Part shown: positions 16,251 to 30,857 of the stretch, piece after piece
Numbering within the stretch: the first letter of the stretch is position 1
Layout of the letters: each line of letters starts with the position of its first letter
Assembly (NCBI RefSeq): GCF_009914755.1
Contig: NC_060927.1
Strand: one strand, 5' to 3'
DNA from: the human T2T-CHM13v2.0 reference genome, Homo sapiens
Length of the DNA stretch: 64,000 bases
Notes under the pieces: model-generated
What the model saw: only the letters and a program-made list of their open reading frames with translations
Database searches by the model: none
What the model was told of the DNA's origin: nothing
Program-made: the position numbers and the translations under genes

Positions 16251-16431
16251 CTTTGCTGCTCAATCTTGCTTGTCTTCTACGTAAGAAATATCTTCTCTTC
16301 TATCCCAGATTGCCTCTACTGGAGACCACGAGCTCCTGGAACATACGTTCAGCTTAACATTCAGGCATAGCCAGAAGAAACTCCATCTGATGTCTGTTCT
16401 CTAGCCAAGAGGCTAGTGTGTGAAGCAAGAA
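16251..16431 (-). other. SCN10A: Probable non-coding first exon of SCN10A (Nav1.8)
   Basis: Unique, repeat-free sequence with donor CAAAG|GTTTGG at 16251/16250. Position fits my recollection that the SCN10A TSS lies about 29.5 kb beyond the SCN11A 3' end on the same strand. The 5' boundary is approximate and not provable from sequence. Confidence 0.6.
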
Positions 16432-17600
16432 ATGAGAGGCAAGTCTGAGATGCCAAGCTTTGCAAAGACTTGCACTCGTTTGTCCTCCTCAGTGACAGTG
16501 GCTCAGCTTGTCTGATGGGAGCCTTGCTATCATTCACGAAACTACAGAAATCATGCTTTCTTGGGTGCCATTCCCATTTCCCGTCACGAGTTCCACCCTG
16601 GTTGCTGGTGCTCCAGAAAGTGCACTCCTTGGATGGAAACAGGGCGGGGGGAGTGTGGGGAGAGGCTTATGTGTGATTAGATGGTAAAATAGCAAATGTG
16701 ATTTTAAATGATCTCATGGGAAATGCTGAAACCTGAGGAAGCAAAGAGGCTGCACTTAGATAACAATGCTCCAGCATCCACAATAGACTCATAGCCTGGG
16801 CAAGGCTGCCTTGACTGTGGGACAGGCTGTTTCCTATCATTGACCCCAGAGAGCGAGGTGCACCCATTCACATGGTACCTTCCTTGTCTCTATATTCCCA
16901 TTCTGGAATAAACACTCTCATTTATTAAAATGTTTTTGTTCCCCTTCTTCCACTGAAATTTTAAAGTTTCACTTTTTGCATCTTGAAAATTTCATTTAAA
17001 AAAGTTTTGGAGTAATTTTCATATTCTGCCTGCATACTCAGTAATAGGCCAGGTCTTATAAAATAATAGTTTGAAATGAAATTACAAAAAAAAAAAAAAG
17101 ATCTGAAACCTCCGATGAGATTAAACAAAACAAAGAGCAGGAGAAAATAACCTGTCCACAGGGCCATAGGACCAAAAGGGAGGGGTAGGTGGAGGAGGTG
17201 CTGCAAGGGGTCCCAGGCCAAGCCAGCTCCCCTGCAGCTGCTTGATTCATCTTGTCTCTCAATGCCAGTTAATAGAGGAGGAAACTGGCTTGGTGCTTTA
17301 TTACATTACAACTCTGTTTACTCAAAACCTCTCAAGTCAAGCAAAAAACAGCTTCTCTGGGTCAGGGTTCCATTCTTGTGAAGCCTTGGCCTTTTCCTGA
17401 AGGGACTGCAATTTGTGAGGGGACAAGCCAAGGACAGCCACATCCCTGCTCCAAGGCACAGCTCAGCAGAAAGGGTAGAGGTCAGAGGGTATGGGAGAGA
17501 GCTCCATGGAAGGTAGAGAGGAGGAGGAGGAGGAGGATGCTTCCCCAACCCCGGCAAGCTTTTTAAGGTGCTTCTGCTGTCGGTCTATCCACACAATGAA
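16432..17600 (-). promoter_or_regulatory. Probable SCN10A proximal promoter (no obvious TATA box, not a CpG island)
   Basis: Repeat-poor block upstream of the putative exon; GC box/G-rich tract GGGCGGGGGGAGTGTGGGG at 16642-16660; SOX-like AACAAAG and ACAATG sites further upstream. Confidence 0.5.
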
Positions 17601-18646
17601 AACTGAACTGCCTCGAAAGATGATGGTTCTGAAATATTTATGGGTGGAATGACTTGAGGTCTGGAATTTGCTGCAAAATGATTTATTGGCTCTGAGTAGA
17701 TAATTGTAGAATTGGAGTAGGTAAGAATTTATTATATATTTTTTTCTACTTTGGTATATTCTTGAAATTTTCTGTAACAAAGTGTTTTTAAATTGTGATG
17801 CTCATGCAAAGGCATTAACACTAGGCTGTTACATGAAAACTGAATTGTGACACTTTGTTGATTCTAACTTTACGAAAACAAAATTCTGCGTACATGCAGA
17901 GAATACTGTGTGGAAGGAAAGACACTCAAAGTTTGAGTGTTTGTATGTGTGTAGTAGAATTATGGGTAATTCTAATTTTTTTTTTCTTCTCCCTTTTTTT
18001 TAAACTTCTCTCCATATTAAACTTGGCAATTTCAGAAAATTTAAAGAGCATGGTGAGGGCTCTGTCAGGATTTCTGCCCCCCTTGGTCTGGCGAGTAAGA
18101 AGGAGTAATTGCTGGGAGTGTTGACTGGGAGAAGGGAATCCTTCCTTCAGAGGGTATCCCCTGAGTGCCCCTGGACATACATTAAGCCCTGTCATCTTCC
18201 CTCAAATGAATCTGCACAGCTAGAAAAGGGCTTCTCTCTGGTTTTTGGAACCACCCTTTCCACTTGCTATCTCTCTTCCTCCCATCCTAGAACTAGGGCT
18301 TCAGAGTTCTCAGAAGGGCATTGTTAGGGGAAATAGTTGTGGAGTTTGTCATGGAGGGTCAGTGCTGCCACTGGTAAGTTTTGTGTCTTAATTTCTCTGG
18401 ATCTCATTTTCTCCACCTGTGAAATAAACACATTGTTCAAGGAGACCTCTTAGCTGCCTTCTGGTTTTGTAGTTGGGTTTGAACTTAGAAATGTCATAAA
18501 AATCATTAACCATCTCTTTCCTTGTGGATGTTCAGAAGTCTTACCACACTATTGGTATGATGTGATCTTTTCCCTCCTGCAACTAATTACCACAGGGTTC
18601 ATCTGAATATACTTGCAGATTGATGGTTCAGGAGAAGCTGCCAATA

Positions 18647-18963
18647 TTGTTGTTGGTGTTTTTGTTGTTGTTGTTGTTGGGGTTTTGCTCTGTCTCCCGG
18701 GCTGGAGGGCAGTGGCATTATCATAGCTCACTGAAGTCTCGAATCCTTGGGCTTAAGTGATACCCCTCCTCAGTCTCCTAAGCAGCTGGGACTATAGGCG
18801 TGGACCACCATGCCCAGCTAATTTCTTAAGTTTTTTTTTTTTTTGATAGAGATGGAGGTCTCGATTTGTTGCCCAGGCTGGACTTGAACTCCTGGCTTCA
18901 AGCAGTCGTCTCACCTGTCTCCCAAAGTGTTGGAATTACAAGTGTGAGCCACTGCAATATGGC
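18647..18963 (-). mobile_element. AluJ with (GTT)n-derived tail
   Basis: Diverged antisense Alu dimer with a T-rich middle linker at 18832-18844. Confidence 0.9.
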
Positions 18964-19319
18964 TGTTTTTATGGTGGTTCCCTTTGGATGGAAATACTTT
19001 TGCTCTTTGGTGTGCAAGGTCTGTGCCAAATGCCTTCACCATCTGAGGCAGAGTGGAAGCTTAGGGCACAGAGAGGGAAGGCACATGGGGAAAGTCACCT
19101 ACTGGAACTTCATTTCAACCCCCACAACTCCCCTCCTTATTCTTGGACCACTTATGGATGCTGGTTAGAGTCGGGGGGGTGCATCTGACAGAGTGAAAAG
19201 AGCCATTCCAGGGAACTTTAGATGTCTCACTGGAAGAAACTCTCTCAGCTCTGCACTGGATACTCATTCAAAAATACATTGCTAGAATATTGTTCAGCCA
19301 TAAAAAGAAATAAACTACT

Positions 19320-19624
<305 letters not shown>

Positions 19625-19682
19625 GAGAAAGTACTAATAAGTGCTACAACCTGGACAAAGCTTAAAAATAGTATGTTAAGTA

Positions 19683-19779
19683 TGGCACATGTATACATAT
19701 GTAGCAAACCTGCACATTGTGCACATGTACCCTAGAACTTAAAGCATAATAAAATAAATAAATAAATAAATAAAATTTA
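19683..19779 (+). mobile_element. Extremely 5'-truncated L1PA (last about 65 nt plus (TAAA)n tail)
   Basis: GGCACATGTATACATATGTAGCAAACCTGCAC...CCCTAGAACTTAAAG; perfect 19-bp TSD AAAAATAGTATGTTAAGTA at 19664-19682 and 19780-19798. Confidence 0.9.
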
Positions 19780-20400
19780 AAAAATAGTATGTTAAGTAAA
19801 AGAAGTCAAACACAAAAGGCCTCATATTTTATGATTCCATTTATATGAAATGTCCTTTCATAGACAGAAAATAGACTAGTGGTTGCCAAGGAAGGGGAGG
19901 AAAAGAAGTGAGCGCTAATGGGTATGGGGTTTCTTTTTACAGTGATAAAAATGTCTGGAATTAGATAGTGGTGATGGTTGCACTACTTTGTGAATATATT
20001 AAAAACCACTGAACTGTACACCTTAAAATGATAAATTTTGTGGTGTGGGACTTACATCTTAATTACAAAAAAAAAACTGTATTAAAATTACATGGAACTC
20101 TAGACCCTCCAAAATAAGAATAAGACTAATAAAAAGAAAGTACATGTAAAGCTGGTGCACTCTAAATAAAGCTTATACCTGAGTTAAAAATACTGAGTTA
20201 AAAAATATGTAGCCATATCAATTTATGGCGGTATACATATCATTGTATACTGGTTTATACAACGTGCTATGATTATAGAAGATATTATAATTGGGGAAAG
20301 GTGGGTAAACAGTACATGGAAACAATACTATTTTTGCAACCTTTTGAGAGTCTTTCAAAAGCCTTTCAAACTATTTCAAAATAAAATGTTATATATTTTT

Positions 20401-20849
<449 letters not shown>

Positions 20850-23715
20850 TAGTGTTCTGTCGTAGGTTTCAAGGCTGTGTATGTAAAATGTCATAGGCAG
20901 CCCTAATTAAACCTTCTTTCCCAATGATCTACTGCTGGATAGGAGGCCAAATCTTAAATGATGAATCTCTTTAAGCTATCCAGAAGTGGTTCGTTTAAGG
21001 TACAAAAGAGCAAAGGAGGTGGGTGTTTAACATTCTGATGATATCTAGGCTGGGGGGTATTTGGTCCACTTTAGTGAGCCTGTCGGAGGTGGAAGGAGGC
21101 CCATTTCTGAAGGGCCCAGCTTCCTGTTTTAGGAAACAACAGGAAGTGTCTATAGCAGTGATAATGTATCATGATGAAAATTATTTCAAGGGACCTCGTA
21201 GTGACACCAGCTACTTACTCCTCTCACCCCCTCCAAACTCCAGTTAAAGGGGGAAATAATCTGACTCTTGAATTCCTATCCAGAGGGAGAAAGCTGGAAG
21301 AGGGAGAGGAATGGGTATATCCAAGGAAGGAAGAAATTTTCATGGGGGACCAAGATGGGACCCCCCCCATAATCCTGAGGGATTTCCATTTTTTCCCTGT
21401 AGACTCATGAATCTTCTCAGTTGATCCTTATCATTGGTGTTCAGCATAATTGGCCACATTCACCTTGCAGAAGCAAGCCCTTCCCTTGGCTTTTATTGGC
21501 AGAGGATCCTCTTCAGCCTCCATAGCTGGTTCTCCATCATCTGACTATTGAATCTTGACATTGCTTTAGGTATTGTCCTAGGCCCTCTTTTTGGTGATTT
21601 CATTCTCTCCTATAGCTTCAATTACCTTATACCTAAATGGCATCTAAGCCCTTATCTCCAATACAAATCTCTCCCCTACATTCTGGACTCATATATCCGT
21701 GAATGTAGCAAAGTCTCAAATCTCCATTTATGGGTATCTCATAAGCATCTCCGGTTGAGTATGTTTAAAACTGAGCTAGATATTTCTGTTCTCATGCCCC
21801 ACTCCAAAATGATTCTCCTTCAGAGATCCTCCTCAGTCACCGTCTACCTGGACACTCAAGCCAGAAGTCTAGAGGTTATGCATGAGTCCCTCCTATTCCT
21901 CACCCCTACCTCCATTCCCTACCAAGTCCTTTAACTTGAACTCCTAGAAACTCCCTGATTCTACCTCCCTGGCCACCAACACGATACATCACTATCTTCT
22001 CTCCTAGATGACATTGGTGAACGCCCAGCAGGTTTCCCCCTATCATTTCACCACTCTGCAGCACATTCTCCAGACTGTTCTTTATGAAAATGAACATCTT
22101 GTCAGAAGACACCTCTACTGAGAACCTTCAAGTGCCTGCCCACTGCTGTTACAATGAAGTCCCCAATCCCAGAAGTAGTTTATGAGTTCTCCATGATCTG
22201 TCTTTAACAATGCCCCACCTTACCCATTCTTTCATACCCCAGTGATATTGGGCTGCTCTCAGATGCTTGAACACACCACACTCTTCCAGTTCAGAGTCTT
22301 TGTAAATGTTCTTGCTTGTTTTCTCACATCCCATTTATTCCCTTCCCTTCACTTACCAATTTTGAGTCATCCTTCTCTCCTCAAACTAAACATTCCCTGA
22401 CCCTCCAAACCAAGGTGGAATACTCATGTTCTACTCTCCTATGAACTCATTTATTCATTCACTCGATACTTATTTATTGAGCACAGCCCATGTGTGAGGA
22501 GCTCACAGTCTAGTAGGGAAACAAAGACTGAACAACTAATTCTGAAAATGACCACGTTAATGCCTCTTGCAGTGACATTTCCTAGAATAACACAAACTCA
22601 CACAGATAGCAGTTGGTAATTGGCTCTCATCCTTGGTGGTTGGCACAGCCTAGTCACTTCATGGACCTCATGACAATGCAACACATACTCTCCGCAAATG
22701 AACTTTTTGGGCCCCACATAGGGCATCATGGCAGGATTTTACTGTGCTACCAACTGCAATAGGAGTTTTGGGGGAAAAATAAAAGAAGAAGTACTTATGT
22801 CACTGTGGATAGAAAGCACTTCTTCAGGCAATTTGTTGAATGCCTATTGTCCCTACTATGTAATTATTTAGGTAGTGCTTAATGAAAATCTGCTTAATGA
22901 AAATCTATGCTCATGGCTGAAGATATGAAAATGAAAAGATGATGAAGTTCTGCACGCATGGAACTTACATTCTGAAGGGAGGGAGAGACAAAATATGCAA
23001 TTAGATGAATTAACAAATGCATATTAAAAGACAATAATTATTCCTCAGAAGGCAACATATTTTGCAAAAATTTTTTCTTCTCTAGCCAACCAGAGACTTT
23101 TATAATGTAGACTAGTGTTTGCCCCTTTGACTCAATCTCCTCTTTCCATGCTATAGTACAGGAATCTTCCTGTACCTACTGGAGACATGCATTAGAGCCT
23201 TCTTCCCAGATAAGTTACAATCTTCCTTCTCTGTTTCATAGGTGTATGTCTTGTGTTCATCTCCCTGAAAAGTTTTATTTGGGCTCCTTAAGAAAAGTGT
23301 GACCATGTCTATTCTGGCATGCTTCACAGTGCTAGGCACACAGTAGGTCAACAAACAACACTTCTATGAGGCCAGGAGTTCCTCCAGAGCAGGACCCGTG
23401 CCTTGTTTCTAGATCTCCAGCCCTTAGCACCAGGCCTAGCTAGGTAGAGAGGTTCTGAGCTAAGACTTAGGAGAGGAATCCAGGAATTGCTCCTTTTAAT
23501 AATTCATCAGCTTTTGTCACATGTGCATTGATCGAATTCTTTTGAATACAGGTTATGTTTTAACCTGGATAATAACAATCCCTTATACACACACAGTCTT
23601 TGTAGCTTGCAATTTATCTTTGAGTAATAAAACCCAGTGAAAATCTGGTGGATAAAACGGTCCTTACTTTATACGTGGAGAAACTGGGCTTAGAGAGGTT
23701 GAGAGGCTTCACCGT

Positions 23716-24728
23716 TGACGTCAGGCTATGAAATATCAGAATGAGGTCAGAATAAGATCTCCTGGTCCAAGGCTCCTGATACCAAAATTTCCCAAATGTG
23801 ACTCTGGCCTTCTTTGGTTACTACCCGTTGGGTAAGTCAACTCCTTTCAGGTGGTAACCTGCACCGGGAACTGTGGCAGTGGCCTGATGAGGTGGCAGGG
23901 AGAGAATCATGGCCAGTTTCTTGGTTCCTCTGCTTTCCCTGTACCTCTCAGACTCTTAATCCATCTCTGTGTTCATGATGTGCCCTGGACACGGGCTGAG
24001 AGGTCGAGGAGGAGCCCAGGAATGAGGATGCGTTGGTGGAGCCTGGCCTTCCTGTCAGAACTCCAGACACCAGGGAGAGATGAGCAGCTTGGTTTCCATG
24101 GCAACCTGCCCACCCAGATCCCTGCAGCTGCAGCCCCTGTGGGCCCCTGAGGTGGGGGCTGTGGGTGTCCTGCTGGGCCCTGGGGCTGCAGTAGGCAGGA
24201 GGGAGTGCAGGGCTGAGGCAGGCTGCTCACTCGGAGTCGGAGCTTCGCCTGACATGGTTCCCATGGGGACGGCTGTGGGCACATGCTGCCTGTGGTCAGA
24301 TACCCAAATTAAAACTGCTCCGTAGTTCTGGTAGCTCCTCCTGGGCTCAGAGCCTTTGGAAGAAAGACTGAGTTTTGGGCGCACTAGCCTCTCAAACCTT
24401 CCCCGCCCCAACAAAAGGTAGATTTGAGAACTTGGGACTATGGGGCTTTCTGTTTCATGACTGGAGCATTCCCTCTGTGCCAGAGCCTAGAGACACCAAG
24501 ATGGCTGAAGTGCAGTCACCATCCTTAGGGAGAGGCGAGAAAGACAGGCCATAGAGCTGAAAATTACAACACAGTATGGCCTGGCAACAGTGGAACTCAG
24601 AGCAAGAAACAGAGGAGGGATCCATCAATTCTGGGGAAGTTTCAGAATAGGAGGGAGCTTCACTCCACGCAGAGGAAGGGGCTCCTGCAAACACTGGAGG
24701 AAAGAACATCCTCTGTGACGTCACAGAG
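23716..24728. promoter_or_regulatory. Candidate enhancer: two full CREs, two RFX X-boxes, GC box, YY1-like site
   Basis: TGACGTCA at 23716-23723 and 24716-24723; GTTTCCATGGCAAC at 24092-24105; GTTCCCATGGGGAC at 24257-24270; CCCCGCCC at 24401-24408; CAAGATGGCTG about 24497. Confidence 0.5.
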
Positions 24729-27039
24729 TATGAGGTGAAGTAGAAAGGGAGGAAGGGGGAAGCATGGCTGGGGGATGGGCAGGAGATCCAAACTGCGGAA
24801 ATTGTGAAGCTGGGGTTGTATCCATAGGGAAAGAGGGGGTCATTCTATGCAGGGAAGGCAGCAGTGGGGCTGGATTCATGATTTAGAAAGGTCTCCATGG
24901 ATGCTGTCAGAGGTCTGATTTAAGGGGGAAGAGGCATAGTCGCAAAGGGGCACTCATTGGAGGCACAGTTGCAAAGGGTCCTGAGACCCTTCAGGATCTT
25001 GAACAACCATTGTTCTGGAAGAAAGTATAATATGATATTTGTTTGGAAGGCCTGGGGTTCTGTAGGCATGAGATTCATTGAACCACCTCCCATCCCAAAC
25101 CCCTGAGACAGGAAAGTTTCTGGAATGAAAGAGGGACACTCTGTATAGGGGTCATGAAGTCATTTGGGAGGAAAGGGTTTAACAGAGTAATAACACAGCA
25201 AATTGATATCTTGACCCCTGGGGTTCCAAATTACCATCACATGGATGGACCAAGTTCAGTGAATCATCAAGATTCGTGAACTCTGTAGAGCAGGTAGCTC
25301 TGGAGAAGAGGAACACCCTCACAATGAACAGAACAGAGCTTGAAGTCATACTGATCTGAATACTAAAAGAGTTGTGATTTTGTTTTGTACCCCAGGCTCC
25401 TAGTTCTAATAGGATTGGATGGGGGTTGTGCTGCTGTGAGAGATGCAGTGTTGCTCACATTATCTTCCAAATGGATTCACTTTCATTAAAATGACAATTG
25501 TTTTACAGTCATAATTGATATCTGTTTTCGTAATTTCAAAGTAAGAAAAAAATAGGTAGAAGAAAAGATGCTTAAATCAGCAATGGCAGTGAAATCTGTA
25601 GGCACCATTCTTAGACAATAGCATTTCATTTTACAGAGAGATGTTCAAAGTAAAATGTCTTGCCTGATGTGGATCAGCACAAGCTGGACAGAAAGGCTTT
25701 TAGAAGAAGAGAAAACATTTGAGATCTCAAACCTCTTAGCCCTCAGCTGGAGGAAAAACTGAGAGATGGGCTGAAAGAAGTGGGGTGTGTTCTAAGAGCT
25801 ATGCCATGCCCAAGAGAATCAGGAGCTTGGAATTAATCTAAATGGACAGAGGAAATACGGAATGGATGTTAATGGATATTTCAATTCAAGATGAAATACG
25901 AGTCCGAGGAGCATTTCAATATAATATATATTTAATTGAAATGAACTACATATCTTAAATCAAAAATGATGTTAGCATTTCCACACAGGGTGAAAATTGC
26001 TCTGCGACCTGTATTTTCTCCCTCTCTAATGCTTATTTGGGTAGAGAACTGTTAGTTCAAATATTTGCTGGATGAATGATTGAATGAATGAACAAATGAA
26101 GCTGAAATTGGCAGAGGAGAGTTTAAAATGTACTTTTAATAATGCAGTTAATTTCCTGTACTTTCCAGGTTTTCTACAGTGGAAGATATTACTTTGATAA
26201 GTAAAATAAGATGAAAAACTGGGTGGGGGGACTGGTTAGGAGTCTGTTCTCTTGGAGGAGAGTTTTCTGAGGGGAGCCCTGAGGTGCCTGTTCCCCCAGG
26301 CCAGAGATGGTACTCTCCTGACTCATGAATCAACCACTTGAGAGATGAAGGCAGGTGCTGGCCATAAGGCTAGGGCAGTGAACCGGCTGGGACTGTGTTT
26401 CTCAGTAATAGAGGTTATATGTGGAGCTGGCATTCCGGGAGAGGGCAGTCAGATGGCCTCCCCCTCAAAGAGCTCACAGTTTGGCTAGGAAGGCTCATGC
26501 ACTTGACACCTGTAAGTCCAGAACAATCTGTCTGTGACTGTGGCCAATAAAGGACAGAGTGCTGGAAGGGAGATGGCAGCTATGTGGGAAAGGTGTCTTT
26601 TGAGAAACCACTGTGGTGGCATGGAAGTGTGCACCTGCCCACAACCCCTGTCACTGTCAGAGATGACTGCACACAGCAAACGTCTCTGCTCTCCCTAGGT
26701 GCACTTCCTGGCACTCAGAGCAGAACATCCATCCAGGGATCTTCCTGGAGGGGACCAGGGTGGGCTGGAACTTTCCTGGAAGGGGCAGAGTTGTGTCTGG
26801 ACTCCTTGGGGTCTGCAGGGTGGGGAGGGGAGAAAGGGAGACCTAGAAATGAGTGCCTGTCAAACTTCAGAAATTGCCTGGGGTGATCCTAAAATGCATA
26901 TTCCGGAGTCCCATTCCTAAGATCTTATTGTTTTTTTTCCTTTTTGCTTTTTTGGAAAGTTTGAAGTTGATTCCAAGATTCTACATTTTTTACAAGTACT
27001 CTGGGTAATTCTGATATAGAGGGTCAAGCATTGCAGCTT

Positions 27040-27250
27040 GTGTACTGCCCAAACAAAATACCACAGACTGCATGGAAGAGAGATCTCTCTTCCTCTTCTA
27101 AGATAACCAATCCTATCAGATTAGGGCCTCAACCTTAAGGCCTCATTTAACCTTAACTACCTCCTGAAGGCCTCATTTCCAAGTCCTGTTACACTGGGGT
27201 TTAGGCTTCCATCTACGAATTTTGGCAGGACACAATTCAGTCCTTAGTGG
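27040..27250. mobile_element. Internally deleted MLT1B/C fragment
   Basis: AACAAAATACCACAGACTG...GATTAGGGCC...CTCATTTAACCTTAACTACCTCC...GGACACAATTCAG. Confidence 0.65.
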
Positions 27251-28615
27251 TATACCACTCCTTTAGGAGAGTGGGACCTGCACACCTGGCTGAGGGTGGT
27301 AGGGGATGTTCAGTGACGGGGACCAAAACCCTGGTGAAGGATCTTGTGCAAGGAGATGACTGGATACCATGCTGCCAGCCTGCCTCAGATCATCTGAAGA
27401 TCTGTGTGTAGAAAGTAGGGATTTTACTTCACCACAATGCTCTGGTGCTAGAAATGCTACGTTACTTTATTTTTATAAAATTAAACTAAATGTCTCTCTG
27501 AGCCCTCATTCCTCCAGGGGATGAGAACATCTCAGTCATCCCTGGAGCTCTTCCTCTCTCCACCTCCTCTCAGAAGCAAACAAAGCTTTCCAGGCCTGCC
27601 TTACTAGTTCTGAAACACTTGGGGAAGGTGCTCTGGTATCCCAGTCACAGTGGACATGCCCATTGTCCAAGCCTGCATGGTTTCTTGAAGGCAGTAGGTT
27701 ACTGCTTGGCACTCTGCTTGGCAAGACATCTTTTTTTTTTTCTGGCTGGGACACCTGGGGCCTGCAACCCAGCTTCCCTTTTATATCAAGAGGCCATGTT
27801 CCTCTGGTTCTGCAATTTTCCTTAAACTTTCCCACTATGCCTAGCTCAGAATTTCTCCCCAGCCAAATTTAACAGGATGCACAAAATATTGAGGTCTCTG
27901 CCAATCAAGAAGGTCCCCTTTCTTCTTCCAGGCAACGTCAACTTCATCCTTGGTCCAAGAGAGTCCAACTCCACACCTTCCTGCTCTGGGAGTATCCACA
28001 CAGTCTGTGTCCAGTAGGCCTGTGATGGAGCAATATTGTCCCTCCCTGGGGATGGGCTTGGGGAAGAACAGAGTACTAAAGCTGGGTGTTTTGATGCCTA
28101 CTGAAGTTTCAGGACCACTGCCCTGTGGAATTTAATGGTTTACCCTTATCAAATTCCTTGCAGTGTTCTGGTCTTAGGGACTCAGTGTGTGGTATGTGGC
28201 ATCACTCAGCCCTGGAAGGCAGGAAAGAGCTAGTGGGCATATTTCTTAACCATCTGCAAAGTAACAGGGCCAAAAGAGATCTAGAGTGTCTCCACAGGTT
28301 GAGTAGATCAAAGAATGTCAGCACTGGGAAAGACCACAGAGCTCATCTCATTGGCTTTCTTGTTTCACAGATGAGAATCAGAGGGTCAGAAAGGGGAAAG
28401 GACTTGCCTAAGGTCACACAGTAAGTCCATGCCAGGGCAGGAACAGATTCTGAGACCCAGGTCTCCCATTCTGGCGCTGCTCCTCTCATTCTCATCTGGC
28501 GTGGTCTGGTTCCTCTGCTTTAACCAAATCTTGTAATTTATTTGGTTTTGTTAACCTTAAAAATTATCAGATATCAGAAAACTAACATTACATCTGGAAC
28601 ATCTAGAAACCCTAG

Positions 28616-28620
<5 letters not shown>

Positions 28621-28665
<45 letters not shown>
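28621..28665. repeat. (CA)22 microsatellite
   Basis: Direct read. Confidence 0.98.
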
Positions 28666-28667
<2 letters not shown>

Positions 28668-30529
28668 CACTACCAAAACCACTCCAAGGTAACTGCTGCT
28701 AACATTGTGAGGCATATTCTTCCAGGACATAGAGGAAAAAAAACCCAACTTAGAGCTCTGGCATGCATCTTGGGGAAGCAGCTTTCTCACCTCCCAGCCT
28801 AAGCATTCTCCCACCAAGCTTGGAATGGTAATGGGTGTCCACAAAGGGAATGCTGGCAGACGACAGAGTGGAGGGAGAAGATCCAGAGACTACGTCAGCA
28901 GCACTAAACCTACTATGCTCTGGGGAGAGTCCATGAACCATTAGGAAAGGCACTTAGTGCATTTCTCTGAGACACAGGAGCTGTGCATCCTGACCTGGGC
29001 ATGCCGCAGCACAGGAAGAGCGGGCAGGGCATCTGGATGTGGCGCTGGGTTCCTTCATCAGCAATGGCCTTCTGCAGTAAGCTGTTCTGGGCTATGGAGG
29101 AAGGGTGAGGCCACAAAGGATGATGAGAGCCAGGGAGAATCACACTAATGCTATGAATGATACCAGCTGACACTGGTTCTTGTCATTCATAAAGAGCCTT
29201 ACGGGATTATCTTATTAATTCCCAGAATGAGGATGGCTGGGCTGGGGGTGCAGAGGAGGGGCTCAATGTATGGCATGTGGGGGGCTGGGATTTACAGTGT
29301 TCACCCAAAGATCAGTGGGTGGCTCAGTGGTAGGGAGGGGCAATGGTGGCTCCCAGGTTCCTCTGATAAAATTTTCTAAATGAGTTCCAGGCCTTCCCCT
29401 GAACTTATCCATGAACACTTACCCCATCAGCTGGGAGCCAGTCATCTGGTAAAAAGCAAGTATGCCTGTGTCCTGTGGGCCACAGCTCTGAAGTGAGAGG
29501 AGAAGGAGAGTGAGAAGGAGTCTGTTGTCAGGACCCCTTTCCTGCCTGACTCTGGCCCCTAAGCCACATTCTCCCCTCCCCACCTTCCTGATTCAGGCTG
29601 GTGGCAGAGGGGCAGCTACCAGGAATTGAGGGCAGACCAGTCAGCTCTCAAAAGAGAGAGGGGAAGAAAGGCTCACTTCCTCCAGTTCTTTCTCTGAGGC
29701 AAGTCCTGGGCTGAGCACAGACAGGCCTCATACAGGCAGACCTCGGAGGGAGCTGCTGCCCTCCCTGCCTTGCAGAGTCCTGACTCATTTATTTGGATAA
29801 GTGGAGGTTTGCTGTAATTACCCATGGGACTCCTCCTCCTCCCACAACTCCACACCCAGCACCAGGAAGGATACTCCCGTCCCACATGAGCAGTCCTCTG
29901 CAAAGCAGCGCATGGGGCTGGCAGCTGGACCCCTCAGCATAGCGGTGTAGAGAAGGGATCTGAATGAGGACGGGACCAGCAGGTGAACCCCATGAGGGAG
30001 GGACAGTCATGGACTCGACGGCTGGCAGCACACCTGGCCCCTTGACCTGCAAGCCCTCACTGAGTTCTCCCTGAAGCCCTGGGAGATAAGTGGCTTTATC
30101 TTTCATATTTTAATGCTGAGAAAATTGCGTTAGAGACACACTTTTCAAGAGAAAGATCAAGCAAGATGCTGAGGCAGCCAGTTCTCTGCACACTGTTGGG
30201 TGTCCTGGAGAAATCCATTTAGAACTTACTCCTGGTAGAATGTCCGCCTACAGGCTTGCAGAGGCTGAGTCCTAGGATAGAGCCTCACCTTCTGGGTTGT
30301 TTCTTTGGCAGCATCTAAATGTCTTCCTGACAAAGGCATGGAAGAACTCTCTTCAAGGAATGAAATTGGGAGGTCCTTGAGGGAATAGGGCTACTCTTTT
30401 GTCATCTTTGTGTCCCCATCTCGGCTCTTCAAAATTTAGTAAATATACGTACAATAAATATTTAATAAATAGTAATAGTAATCAATGCTAATTGAGCTGT
30501 GTCTCATTTAAGGATCACAGCAACCCTAA

Positions 30530-30857
<328 letters not shown>

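Noticed and set aside
23851-24414. Overlapping 80-120 aa ORFs on both strands (likewise 34192-34751)
   Set aside because: Expected from locally high GC (few stop codons); no protein family recognised. A regulatory reading fits better.
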